Origin: Candidatus Coprovivens sp.
GTDB lineage: Bacteria; Bacillota_I; Bacilli_A; RF39; UBA660
DNA length: 64,000 nt
Assembly (NCBI GenBank): GCA_051886175.1
Contig: JBJEXV010000060.1
Span: 7,452 to 71,451 of the forward strand
Direction of reading: 5' to 3'
The position numbers were made by a program, and so were the translations under genes. Below, piece by piece: positions 28,471-38,500 of the stretch (its first letter is position 1; the number at the start of each line of letters is the position of its first letter). Below the pieces are notes generated by a model. It worked only from the letters and a program-made list of their open reading frames with translations, did no database searches and was not told the DNA's origin.

Positions 28471-28904
28471 TAAAAATAATCTGTCACGGTAAAATAAAAG
28501 AAAAATATATGGATGAATTAATTAAAGATTACTTAAAAAGAATCTCTAGATACCATAAAATAGAAATAATTGAATTAAAAGATTATGACAATCTAGAACA
28601 AGAAAAAACAATCATAGAAAAAAACATAGGTAATCAAGACTATGTAATTGCCATGGATATAGATGGTAAAATACATAATTCCGAAGAATTAGCAGAACTA
28701 ATTGATTCTACATTCAACCATCATAGTACCATTACTTTTATCATTGGTAGTAGCTATGGTTTACATCAAGATATAAAAGATAGAGCAGATTTAAGATTAT
28801 CATTTTCTAAACTAACCTTCCCACATGGATTATTTAGAGGAATATTATTAGAACAAATATATCGTGCTTTCAAAATATTAAATAATGAATCTTATCACAA
28901 ATAA
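28467..28904 (+). CDS. rlmH: 23S rRNA (pseudouridine1915-N3)-methyltransferase RlmH
   Basis: SPOUT RlmH pattern and size; yycJ-rlmH synteny as in Bacillus. Confidence 0.75.
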   Translation: MIKIICHGKIKEKYMDELIKDYLKRISRYHKIEIIELKDYDNLEQEKTIIEKNIGNQDYVIAMDIDGKIHNSEELAELIDSTFNHHSTITFIIGSSYGLHQDIKDRADLRLSFSKLTFPHGLFRGILLEQIYRAFKILNNESYHK

Positions 28905-28905
28905 A

Positions 28906-28929
28906 AAGCAATATTAATTGCTTTTTTTA
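28906..28929 (+). terminator. Rho-independent terminator (AAGCAAT-atta-ATTGCTT plus T5)
   Basis: 7-bp stem followed by a T-run. Confidence 0.5.
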
Positions 28930-28930
28930 T

Positions 28931-28954
28931 GTGAATAACTATCAAGTTATTCAC
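28931..28954. promoter_or_regulatory. Perfect 10-4-10 palindrome GTGAATAACT-atca-AGTTATTCAC upstream of ung (candidate operator)
   Basis: Perfect inverted repeat that overlaps the likely promoter region and is not followed by a T-run. Confidence 0.35.
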
Positions 28955-28986
28955 AAATATGATAAATTAATAAGTAGGTGATATAC

Positions 28987-29649
28987 ATGATAAATAACGA
29001 TTGGGATGAAAAATTAAAACTAATATGGGAAAGTAAAGGATTTAATAACTTTCTTACATCTATATATGAAGAATATGATAAAAAAACAATCTTTCCACCA
29101 AAAGATTATATATTCAATGCATTAAAACTAACTAGTTTCAAAAATACAAAAGTAGTAATAGTAGGACAAGATCCTTACCATGGAGAAGGGGAAGCCCACG
29201 GCCTATCATTCTCTGTACAAGACGGAATCAAATTACCACCATCTCTAAAAAACATATATAAAGAATTAGAAGATGACTTAGGTATTCCGCCTGCAACAAA
29301 AGGAGATTTAACTAAATGGGCTAAAGAAGGAGTACTAATGCTAAATGCAGTACTAACAGTAGAAAAAGATAAACCAGCTTCTCATAGAAACAAAGGGTGG
29401 GAACTACTAACTGATTACATAATAAAAATACTAAATACCAAAGAAGAACCAGTAGTATTCATATTATGGGGCAACTTTGCTAAAGAAAAAGCAAAATTAA
29501 TTACAAATCCAAACCATTATATTATAACCAGTCCGCATCCATCTCCATTTTCTGCTAGAAATGGTTTCTTTGGTAGCAAACCATTTTCAAAAGCAAATAA
29601 CTATTTAAAATCTAAAGGTTTAAAAGAAATAGATTGGAATCTAAATTAA
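28987..29649 (+). CDS. ung: Uracil-DNA glycosylase, family 1
   Basis: VVIVGQDPYHGEGEAHGLSFSV and HPSPF motifs; SD AGGTGA before the ATG at 28987. Confidence 0.9.
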   Translation: MINNDWDEKLKLIWESKGFNNFLTSIYEEYDKKTIFPPKDYIFNALKLTSFKNTKVVIVGQDPYHGEGEAHGLSFSVQDGIKLPPSLKNIYKELEDDLGIPPATKGDLTKWAKEGVLMLNAVLTVEKDKPASHRNKGWELLTDYIIKILNTKEEPVVFILWGNFAKEKAKLITNPNHYIITSPHPSPFSARNGFFGSKPFSKANNYLKSKGLKEIDWNLN

Positions 29650-29677
29650 AAAAATCTACATAACGTAGATTTTTTTA
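29645..29677. terminator. Bidirectional terminator between ung and lemA (A7-AATCTAC-ataac-GTAGATT-T6)
   Basis: 7-bp stem flanked by A- and T-runs, sitting between convergent genes. Confidence 0.6.
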
Positions 29678-30220
29678 TAACTTAAAGTCATCAACAATTT
29701 CATCTTGCATGTTCTTTCCATCAAAGAAAGTTTTTACATCAAATCCATGCATTCTTGAAACTATATTAGAAGGGAATGATCTAATTAAATCATTCATCTC
29801 ACTTGTATACTTATTATAATAAGACTTAGCAGCTTGTAACTTTTCATCAATTTTCTTTTCTTCAGCAAATAATTTCTTCATTTCCTTATTATCTGCCAAA
29901 TCAGCATTATCTGCTTTTACTTTACTAATAATATTAATATATTCAACTAGTTTTCTATCTAATTCAAAATTGCTAATATTGTTATCTTTTAACTTGCTAA
30001 AATCTTTTAAGAAGTTCTTATCAATTTCAACTTCGTCTTTTATTAACTTTTCATATTGTGTAATTAAATCGTATTTTGCTCTTAATGAATCATCAATTAA
30101 ACATTCAGCATGTTCAATCTTTGTTTTAGAGTGTTGTAACTTATTATAATTATAAACATATAAAATACCTAAAGATCCAACAATAATAAATATAAATAAT
30201 AAACTATATAGTATTGGCAT
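29675..30220 (-). CDS. LemA family protein
   Basis: N-terminal TM segment; C-terminal YNKYTSEMNDLIRSFPSNIVSRMHGFDVKTFF matches the LemA signature. Confidence 0.65.
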   Translation of the reverse strand: MPILYSLLFIFIIVGSLGILYVYNYNKLQHSKTKIEHAECLIDDSLRAKYDLITQYEKLIKDEVEIDKNFLKDFSKLKDNNISNFELDRKLVEYINIISKVKADNADLADNKEMKKLFAEEKKIDEKLQAAKSYYNKYTSEMNDLIRSFPSNIVSRMHGFDVKTFFDGKNMQDEIVDDFKL

Positions 30221-30310
30221 AACACATTACCTCAATTCTATAATCATTATATCATAGAAAGTCTTTTACAAAGAAAACAATTTATAATAAAATGTAAACA
30301 GGTGATATAT

Positions 30311-30808
30311 ATGAAAATAGAAAAAATAGAAGTAGGTTACCTAGATACAAATTGCTACCTACTAAAAATAGACGATGAATGTGTAGTAATCGATCCAGGA
30401 GGAGACTTTCCTAAAATAAAAAAAGCAATTGGTGATTCCAAAGTAGTAGGAGTACTAGTTACACACTTTCATCAAGATCACATAGAAGCATTAGAAGAAG
30501 TACTAAGTTACTATGATGCCGAACTAAATAAAGTAAATAGTGATAAATTTAAATATGAAGTAATAGAAACCCCAGGACATACCAATGATTCAAAAACATT
30601 CTATTTTAAAAAAATCAACACAATGTTTACTGGTGACTTTATATTTAACTCTAGCATAGGAAGAACAGACTTAGGTGGTTCTGACAAAGACATGCAAGAA
30701 AGCTTAAAAATGATAGAAAAATATCCAGATAAAACAATATTGTATCCAGGACATGGACCTGAAACTTTATTAGGAAATGAAAAGAGTCTTTTTAGTTTAT
30801 ATTACTAA
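30311..30808 (+). CDS. MBL-fold metallo-hydrolase (glyoxalase II-like)
   Basis: THFHQDH motif; SD AGGTGA 5 nt before the ATG at 30311. Confidence 0.65.
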   Translation: MKIEKIEVGYLDTNCYLLKIDDECVVIDPGGDFPKIKKAIGDSKVVGVLVTHFHQDHIEALEEVLSYYDAELNKVNSDKFKYEVIETPGHTNDSKTFYFKKINTMFTGDFIFNSSIGRTDLGGSDKDMQESLKMIEKYPDKTILYPGHGPETLLGNEKSLFSLYY

Positions 30809-31160
30809 AAGGACTCTTTTCTGTGTAATTAATTCTTTCTTCAAATTCTACATAATCCAAATAAATCATTAAAACTAAGAACCACTTACCAGTTTTAGGA
30901 TCACTAATAATAATATGATCTCTGCCAGCTTGTTCTATAATCCCATCAAATACTTTATCACGCCATTCATTAGAATCAGGAAAACTAACATACAACTTCG
31001 CTCGTTTACCTTTATTATGCCTTAAAATATTTTCAATATAACTTTGTTGCATCGGAACATCATCAATTGGAACAAATTCTGGTTCATTAACACTTTGATT
31101 TACATATTCATTCCCGGGAAATGTGGGATTTGAATAATAATTGCCATTCAAACAAATCAC
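30792..31160 (-). CDS. hypothetical protein (122 aa)
   Basis: ORF with coding composition; convergent with the upstream gene; no recognisable family. Confidence 0.4.
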   Translation of the reverse strand: MICLNGNYYSNPTFPGNEYVNQSVNEPEFVPIDDVPMQQSYIENILRHNKGKRAKLYVSFPDSNEWRDKVFDGIIEQAGRDHIIISDPKTGKWFLVLMIYLDYVEFEERINYTEKSPFSNIN

Positions 31161-31219
31161 CTCATTTTAAATATATGCAATTTTAAAAAATTATTGTATA
31201 ATATATAATAGGTGATGGT

Positions 31220-32116
31220 ATGAAATTCGATATCAAAAAACTAGTCGATGAAGCATTATCTAAGGATTTCTGGTATAGAGCCTTAATAATGGTTGTCAGT
31301 ATGTTCGTACTAGCAGTTAATTACAATACATTTTTATTACCAAATAACTTTGTTATCGGTGGTACCAGCGGTATTACAACAATAGTACACCACTTTACTG
31401 GTATTGACCCGGCAACATTCGTATTTATATTTAATGCAGTATTCATAGTCTTAGCGCTATTTTTATTAGGATCCCGTCAAACTGGTCTATCATTAATAGG
31501 ATCACTAGTATATCCGTTCTTTGTATCGATAACCAGTGGTTTCTGTGCACAAATAGCAGCTAATTTACATTTTGATTCATTCATACTAACTGCAATAATA
31601 TCTGCGGTACTATTTGGTTCAGCAAATGGATTTATATATAAAACTGGATTTTCAACAGGAGGTATAGATATCCTCTTCCAGATAATAAATAAATACTTCC
31701 ATATACCAACTGGAAACGTTTCGTTTATGGTAAACATAGTTATTATAGTACTAGGTGGTGTATTCTTCGGAATAGAAATGGCAATATATGCAATCCTAGT
31801 AATATTCATTAACAGTACATTAATAGATAAAATAATGTTAGGTATATCAGAAAGTAAAGTGTTCTATATACATACAACAAAAACAAAAGAAGTACAAAAA
31901 GCAATCGTATCACTTGGTACTGGATATACAGTATTAAAAAGCGACGGTTCATACGATAGTCAAGATAACGACATCATAATGTGTGTTATCACAACAAAAG
32001 ACTATTATTTATTAAAAAATATAGTTCAAAGAATCGACCCATTGTCATTCTTTATTATTACAGACTGCTACCAAGCATTTGGTGGATACAGAAAAGAAAA
32101 ATACCCATTCATGTAA
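31220..32116 (+). CDS. YitT family membrane protein (DUF161/DUF2179)
   Basis: YNTFLLPNNFVIGGTSGITTIVHHFTGI signature. Confidence 0.75.
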   Translation: MKFDIKKLVDEALSKDFWYRALIMVVSMFVLAVNYNTFLLPNNFVIGGTSGITTIVHHFTGIDPATFVFIFNAVFIVLALFLLGSRQTGLSLIGSLVYPFFVSITSGFCAQIAANLHFDSFILTAIISAVLFGSANGFIYKTGFSTGGIDILFQIINKYFHIPTGNVSFMVNIVIIVLGGVFFGIEMAIYAILVIFINSTLIDKIMLGISESKVFYIHTTKTKEVQKAIVSLGTGYTVLKSDGSYDSQDNDIIMCVITTKDYYLLKNIVQRIDPLSFFIITDCYQAFGGYRKEKYPFM

Positions 32117-32171
32117 TGGGTTTTTTTTTACTAGAAAATTTGGTATAATGTATGATAGAAGGTGGTGTAGA

Positions 32172-32873
32172 ATGAAATTTATAGACATAAAAAATTGTTA
32201 CAAAGTATACAAAAATGGAGTTACAGCCATCGCAGATTTGACTTTACAAATAGATAAAGGGGAATTTGTGTTTATTACCGGACTATCTGGATGTGGAAAA
32301 TCAACATTAGTAAAAATGTTATATAGAGAAGAAAAACCTACAAAAGGACAAGTAATGGTTGGAGGAATCAATGTAGCTAAACTATATAATAGTAAGGTGT
32401 ACAAACTAAGAAGAAAACTTGGAATAGTATTCCAAGACTTCAAACTATTGCCTAAATTAACTGTTTACGAAAACGTAGCTTTTGGTTTAGAAAACCTTGG
32501 TATGAAAAAGAGTGTTATTAAAACTAAAGTATTAAAAGCATTAGAAAGAGTAGGATTAAAAGAAAAACTAAAAAGTTTTCCAAATGAACTATCAGGAGGA
32601 GAACAACAAAGAGTATGTATTGCAAGAGCAATAGTTAACGAACCTAAACTATTAATCTGCGACGAACCTACAGGAAATCTTGACCCTAAAATTTCAAAAG
32701 AAATTGTTAAATTAATAAACAATATCAATAAAGAAATGGGAACTACAGTAATTATGGTTACACACGATAAAGAAATAGTTAACTCAATGAAAAAAAGAGT
32801 AATAACTCTAGATAATGGTGTCCTAATTAGTGATAGTAAGAAAGGAAGTTATGTAGCAGATGAAAGCAATTAG
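32172..32873 (+). CDS. ftsE: Cell division ATP-binding protein FtsE
   Basis: Walker A GLSGCGKST, ABC signature LSGGEQQR; SD GAAGGTGG before the ATG at 32172. Confidence 0.9.
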   Translation: MKFIDIKNCYKVYKNGVTAIADLTLQIDKGEFVFITGLSGCGKSTLVKMLYREEKPTKGQVMVGGINVAKLYNSKVYKLRRKLGIVFQDFKLLPKLTVYENVAFGLENLGMKKSVIKTKVLKALERVGLKEKLKSFPNELSGGEQQRVCIARAIVNEPKLLICDEPTGNLDPKISKEIVKLINNINKEMGTTVIMVTHDKEIVNSMKKRVITLDNGVLISDSKKGSYVADESN

Positions 32874-33771
32874 AATATTCGGAAGAAATATCCACAATGC
32901 TTTAAGAAGCATTACAAGAAATGGTAGTTTAAGTGCAGCATCAATAATATGTACTACAATAACCCTTACAATAGTAGCAATAGCAATAGTATTCTCAGCA
33001 AACATAAACAAATATACTAAAGATCTAGAAGGAGCATTAGATATCATAATTTATATTGAAAAAGATGCATCAAAGAGTGAAATAGATACAATTAAAAGTA
33101 AGATATTAGATATAAAAAATGTTAAACATGATGAATTAATATACAAATCAAAAGAAGATATAAAACAAGAACAACTTAGTAAAACAGAAAAAGACTCAGC
33201 TTTATACAAAATAATAAATAGTTGGACTGAAGAAACAAATCCTTTAAAGCCAGAATTTATAATAACTGTAAAAAGCCAAGAAGATGTTAAAGAAACTGTT
33301 AACACATTAAGGAAAATTGAAAACGTAAACGAAGTTCAATATCAAGAAGACTTAATCGACAAAATGTTACCAGTATTTGATGTAGTAGAAAAAGTAACAA
33401 TAGCAATTATAATTGGACTTATCGTTGTAGCATTCTTCTTGATATGTAATACAATTAAACTAACAATATTCGCAAGAAAGAACGAAATAGAAATCATGCG
33501 CTTAGTTGGTACAAGTAACTTTGTTATTAAATTACCATTTGTAATAGAAGGTTTATTCCTTGGTTTTATTGGTTCAATAGTTCCAATAATAGCAACTATA
33601 TGGGGATATATCCTAGCTTATGATAAATTACAAGGACATATATTTAATATGTTTAAAATGATAGATCCAATGCCATTCTCTATAATGGTATCAGGAATCT
33701 TACTTGCTATGGGATGTATTATTGGTATGTTTGGCAGTTACACTACAGTAAGGAAACATTTAAAGATATAA
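32860..33771 (+). CDS. ftsX: Cell division permease FtsX
   Basis: Four-TM FtsX topology with an extracellular loop domain; overlaps ftsE. Confidence 0.85.
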   Translation: MKAIRIFGRNIHNALRSITRNGSLSAASIICTTITLTIVAIAIVFSANINKYTKDLEGALDIIIYIEKDASKSEIDTIKSKILDIKNVKHDELIYKSKEDIKQEQLSKTEKDSALYKIINSWTEETNPLKPEFIITVKSQEDVKETVNTLRKIENVNEVQYQEDLIDKMLPVFDVVEKVTIAIIIGLIVVAFFLICNTIKLTIFARKNEIEIMRLVGTSNFVIKLPFVIEGLFLGFIGSIVPIIATIWGYILAYDKLQGHIFNMFKMIDPMPFSIMVSGILLAMGCIIGMFGSYTTVRKHLKI

Positions 33772-34973
33772 TGAAAAAAATAATTAAACTAGTACTAATA
33801 ATTAGTATCATAACAATTAACTTAGTACCAATAAATCAAGTAAATGCCAAAACATTAAGAGAATATAAAAATGAATTAACTAAATTAGAATCACAAGCAG
33901 CAGAGAATAAAAGAATTACAGCTAATAAAAAAGCTTCAATAGATGCTAAAAGAAATGCTATTATCGAAGCTAATAATACAATAGCTAAAAACGAAAGTGC
34001 TGTAGAAGATGCTAAAATAAAAGTTGCTGAAAGTGAAGAAGCAATTAAACTAAAAACAAAAGATATGGAAAATGTTATTGATATGCTTCAATATACAAAC
34101 AACAATACTAATGGTATTTATTATGAATACCTATTAGGGGCATCAACAATAACAGATCTAATGGAAAGACAAGGTGTAGTAGAACAAGTAGCTAACTACA
34201 CACAAGAAGAACTAATTTCCTTAGAAAACTTAATTGATGAAAACACAACATTACAAACAACATTAAAAGAAGAAAATAAAACATTAACATCATCAATTAG
34301 TACTTATGAACAAGAAGTTAGAGATTTAGAAAAATATATCGATAGTCTTGCATCAATTGGTTTAGACAAAGATGCTGAAATTAAAGACTATAAAGATAAT
34401 ATTAAATTATTTGAACAAGCCGGTTGTAAAGACAACGATGATTTACAAGCTTGTTATTATAATAAGAATGAATCATATTCAACATATTTCTCAAGACCTT
34501 TAGTTTCAGGTAGAGTTACACAAGCTTGGGGAAACAATGGTCATAAAGGAATTGATCTTGGTGGAAATAAAAAAGGAACACCAATTTATGCACCAGCAAA
34601 CGGAACAGTTGCAATAGTAGCTTATCAACAAAGTTGTGGTGGTAACGAAATATACATGCACCATAATGTAGGAGGGCAAGCTTACACAACTGAATTTGCT
34701 CACTTAACTAGTATATATGTTAAGAAAGGTCAAAAAGTAAATAAAGGCGACATAATTGGAACAGTAGGTGGAGACAGTTCAACATTCTGGTACGACGGAT
34801 GTACTAGTGGAACACACTTACATTATTCAGTTGCTTATGGATACTATGGAAGTTCAGGAACAAATGGATATCGTACATGGTCAACATTCACATATAATAC
34901 AAGAGCAACAAATGTACAAAGTATTTCTAATTTTAAAAACACACGTGGTTGGACATGGTCAAGTAGAGGGTAA
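33771..34973 (+). CDS. Coiled-coil M23 peptidase (EnvC/PcsB-like partner of FtsEX)
   Basis: Signal/TM, long coiled coil, C-terminal M23 motifs (HKGIDL...HLHYSV); TAATG overlap with ftsX. Confidence 0.8.
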   Translation: MKKIIKLVLIISIITINLVPINQVNAKTLREYKNELTKLESQAAENKRITANKKASIDAKRNAIIEANNTIAKNESAVEDAKIKVAESEEAIKLKTKDMENVIDMLQYTNNNTNGIYYEYLLGASTITDLMERQGVVEQVANYTQEELISLENLIDENTTLQTTLKEENKTLTSSISTYEQEVRDLEKYIDSLASIGLDKDAEIKDYKDNIKLFEQAGCKDNDDLQACYYNKNESYSTYFSRPLVSGRVTQAWGNNGHKGIDLGGNKKGTPIYAPANGTVAIVAYQQSCGGNEIYMHHNVGGQAYTTEFAHLTSIYVKKGQKVNKGDIIGTVGGDSSTFWYDGCTSGTHLHYSVAYGYYGSSGTNGYRTWSTFTYNTRATNVQSISNFKNTRGWTWSSRG

Positions 34974-35077
34974 AGAGAAGTTGTAAAACTTCTCTTTTTC
35001 ATACATAAAATGGTAATATGTTGTATAATACTTAGGAAGGTGCACATAACACCTTATTAAAAAGGAGTGAACTACAA

Positions 35078-36034
35078 ATGAAAAAAGTTGTAATTTTTGG
35101 TGGAGGTAGTGGACTATCTCAATTACTTAAAGGTATGACTAAATTCCCAATGGATGTAACAGCAGTAGTTAGCGTAGCCGATAACGGCAAAAGTACAGGA
35201 AGACTTAGAGAAGAATTTGCAATCCCTGCAGTTGGAGACATAACAAAAGTATTAATGGCTATGTCAACAGAATCAAAGGGAGTTAAAGATTTATTTAATT
35301 ATAGATTTAGTAATAACAGTAGTATAGGTAACCATTCAATAAAGAACCTAATCATGACAGCATTATTAGAAATGAAAGGCGACTTTGCACATGCATTACC
35401 AATACTATGTGATCTACTAGACGTAAAAGGTAAATTATTACCATTAACTGAAGACAATGTAGATTTAATTGGAATCACAAACGACGGAGATGAAATCGTT
35501 GGTGAAGAACAAATAACTGAATCGAAACAAAAGATTAAACAATTAAAATATAACAAAGATATCACAGTATATCCAAAAGTATTAGAAGAACTAAAAAAAG
35601 CTGACTTAATAGTATTCAGTTCTGGATCATTATTAACAAGTATAATGCCGCATATTATTGTTCCAGAAATACAAGAAGCAATAAAAAATAGTAAAGCTAA
35701 AAAAATGTATATATGTAATATGATTACCCAACCAGGTGAAACAGATAACTTTAAAGTAAGTGATCACTTAAAAGTATTAGAACAATACCTAGGAAAAGAT
35801 GTAATCAATGTAGTAGTAGCAAATAATGCAAAACTACCAAAGAATATGTCATTATTTGCTAAATCAGAAGGTAAAGAACCTGTTGATATAGATGAAAAGA
35901 AAATAGAAAAAATGGGAATACATTTAATCGAAGAAAAACTATTTACAGTAGAAGAAGGATACATTAGACACGATTCATTAAAAACAGCATTTTTAATGTT
36001 TGCATATCTAATGGAAAATGAACAACAAAAATGA
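35078..36034 (+). CDS. yvcK: Gluconeogenesis factor / YvcK (CofD-like, UPF0052)
   Basis: N-terminus KVVIFGGGSGLSQLLKGM...AVVSVADNGKSTGRLR. Confidence 0.85.
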   Translation: MKKVVIFGGGSGLSQLLKGMTKFPMDVTAVVSVADNGKSTGRLREEFAIPAVGDITKVLMAMSTESKGVKDLFNYRFSNNSSIGNHSIKNLIMTALLEMKGDFAHALPILCDLLDVKGKLLPLTEDNVDLIGITNDGDEIVGEEQITESKQKIKQLKYNKDITVYPKVLEELKKADLIVFSSGSLLTSIMPHIIVPEIQEAIKNSKAKKMYICNMITQPGETDNFKVSDHLKVLEQYLGKDVINVVVANNAKLPKNMSLFAKSEGKEPVDIDEKKIEKMGIHLIEEKLFTVEEGYIRHDSLKTAFLMFAYLMENEQQK

Positions 36035-36966
36035 CATTCACAACAAGATTAAAAGAAGAAATAACTCGCAACGAAATTGACAAGATAGAATCATTAATAG
36101 AACTATCGGCGTTTATTAGATATACAGCACGGATAAAAAAGAACTCCATAACACTTACAATGGAAAATGCCCAAGTAGCAAGAAGAATATATAAAAATAT
36201 TAAAAGTAACTTCGGTATAAATGTAAATATAATAATAAGAAACCAAAAACGTTTTAGAGTAAAACAAATATATATATTAGAAATAACTGAAAAAATAGAT
36301 GATATATTAGAAACACTAAATATATTAAAAGATGGTAAAAAAACATTACCTAGCGAATTCTTCTTAGAAACACCAGAAGAAAAAATGGCTTACTTAAGAG
36401 GAACATTCATGGCATGCGGTAGTGTTAACGATCCATCTACTGGTGAATATCACTTAGAATTCACTTCATCACAAAAGAACCATGGTCAATTTATTTCTAA
36501 AGTATTAAAAGAATTTGAAATTACATCTAAAATAATCAAAAGAAATAATCATTATATGGTTTATATAAAATCAGCAGAAATGATTAGTGAATTAATAAGA
36601 ATGCTTGGTGCAATGAATTGTTTCTTCTATTATGAAGATATAAGAATATATCGAGACCATAAAAATATGGTTAATAGATTAAACAACTGTGAAATAGCTA
36701 ATCAAGAAAAAATTCTAAAAACAGGTTTAAAACAATTAGATGATATTATCTATCTTAAAGAACATGACCTAATAGGATTACTAGACGAAAACGTTCAACT
36801 AGCTATAAAATATCGTGAAAGCTATCCAGAAACATCACTACAAGAACTAGCAGATATTATATCTAATGAAACAGGACGTAAGATTGGAAAATCTGGAGTT
36901 AACCACTATTTCATAAAAGTTAAAAATTTAGTAGAAAAACACAAAGAAAAAAACAATTATCAATAA
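36031..36966 (+). CDS. whiA: DNA-binding protein WhiA
   Basis: WhiA N-terminal pattern and C-terminal HTH; yvcK-whiA synteny. Confidence 0.85.
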   Translation: MTFTTRLKEEITRNEIDKIESLIELSAFIRYTARIKKNSITLTMENAQVARRIYKNIKSNFGINVNIIIRNQKRFRVKQIYILEITEKIDDILETLNILKDGKKTLPSEFFLETPEEKMAYLRGTFMACGSVNDPSTGEYHLEFTSSQKNHGQFISKVLKEFEITSKIIKRNNHYMVYIKSAEMISELIRMLGAMNCFFYYEDIRIYRDHKNMVNRLNNCEIANQEKILKTGLKQLDDIIYLKEHDLIGLLDENVQLAIKYRESYPETSLQELADIISNETGRKIGKSGVNHYFIKVKNLVEKHKEKNNYQ

Positions 36967-36982
36967 CGATAATTGTTTTTTA

Positions 36983-38458
36983 TTACCACATTGTAGTTAA
37001 ATTTCCATCTTCTTTATAAACATCATCCATTAAAATAATATATTTATAAATACTTTTGCCAACTAATTGATTCTTAGGAACTACTGTCATAACAACACCA
37101 CCAGTAGTATTTAATGATTCTGCAATATAATAATTATTATCATCCCAACCAGCTAATATTGCCATATGACCGTTTAAACCAATTAAGTCACCTGGTTTAA
37201 CTCTACCGGAATTCATAAGTTCATTAGTAATATAAACTTTCTCACCTAAGTCATCCAAATCATCGTGATTAGCATTCTCGCCAGCACCAATATCTCCAAC
37301 ATCAAACCCTCCATTTAATAATGCCCATGATACAAAACCTGAACAATCTAATCCGTTTGGATAATACTTACCAACAACATAAGGTCCCCAATTTGTATAA
37401 TTTCTTAAATCACAACCCCAAATAGCAGGTCCTTCAAAAATACCAGTCTTATCTAAATAAGAATATTTATTAGAATGTAAATACATACCTCTATGATAAT
37501 ATCTTCCTTCACCATCAACATGTAGATAAGGATCATAATTAACTAATCTACCATTTTCATAAAAATAATGAATTCTATAAGAAAACTCTAAAGTAATAAA
37601 TCTTGCTGCTGCAACAACACCAGCTCTAGTTTTATAACCAGCTTCATCAACTCTATCAAATAACATATTATCAATTAAATTAGCTTCATCTGTACTAAAC
37701 TGTTTACAAGTTATATAAGATTTATAAGGATTAACAGTTGGTTTAGTAATAAGCGGCGATACATAAACAGTAATACTAGACTTAACCCCATCAACACTCT
37801 TTAATGTAATTACTGCATTACCATATTCCTTACCACTAATCTTACCGTCTTCGCTAATGCTAACAACACTTTCATTATTAGAACTATAAGTAATTGTTTC
37901 ATCAGCTTCACCTAAAGATACTAAAGAATAAATTATTTGATCATCTTGTCCTTTATATAAATAATAAGTACTCTTTTCTGGTTTTATTTGAATCACTTTA
38001 TTGATTCTAACATCTTGTGATTCAATATCGTTAATATTACCATACTTATCTTTTACATAAACTTCATATTCACCAGCTATTACTGAAAAATTACAATAAC
38101 TATTAGAAGCCATAACCCAATCTTCACTATCTACATCAGGTTTTTCTTTATCAGTAGTAATATAACACCATACATCTTTATTAAATTTGTAAAAATAATT
38201 GTCAACATGAACATTAATAATTATCTTATTAGGAAATCTCTTATCATCACTTTTCTCAATAGAAGTAATAAAAGGAGCAGTTACCATATTTAAATAAATT
38301 AAGTAACCAATTCCACCAACAAGCAATATAAACAAAATAATTATTACTAAATTCTTTCCATTACTCATATTACAACCCCAATTCAATAAAATTATATCAT
38401 ATTCACAATCTAAATTAATAAACTTTACAAAAAGAATTAAACCTAATGACAAAATCAC
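36983..38458 (-). CDS. Cell-wall hydrolase with Big_2 and NlpC/P60 (C40) domains; start uncertain (possibly 38368)
   Basis: TM segment, Ig-like Big_2 segment (NAVITLKSVDGVKSSITVYV), NlpC/P60 catalytic DCSGFVSWAL and a His downstream. Confidence 0.7.
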   Translation of the reverse strand: MILSLGLILFVKFINLDCEYDIILLNWGCNMSNGKNLVIIILFILLVGGIGYLIYLNMVTAPFITSIEKSDDKRFPNKIIINVHVDNYFYKFNKDVWCYITTDKEKPDVDSEDWVMASNSYCNFSVIAGEYEVYVKDKYGNINDIESQDVRINKVIQIKPEKSTYYLYKGQDDQIIYSLVSLGEADETITYSSNNESVVSISEDGKISGKEYGNAVITLKSVDGVKSSITVYVSPLITKPTVNPYKSYITCKQFSTDEANLIDNMLFDRVDEAGYKTRAGVVAAARFITLEFSYRIHYFYENGRLVNYDPYLHVDGEGRYYHRGMYLHSNKYSYLDKTGIFEGPAIWGCDLRNYTNWGPYVVGKYYPNGLDCSGFVSWALLNGGFDVGDIGAGENANHDDLDDLGEKVYITNELMNSGRVKPGDLIGLNGHMAILAGWDDNNYYIAESLNTTGGVVMTVVPKNQLVGKSIYKYIILMDDVYKEDGNLTTMW

Positions 38459-38500
38459 AAATAAATAGTATAATTAATTTTAGAATAGAGAGGGATTGCT

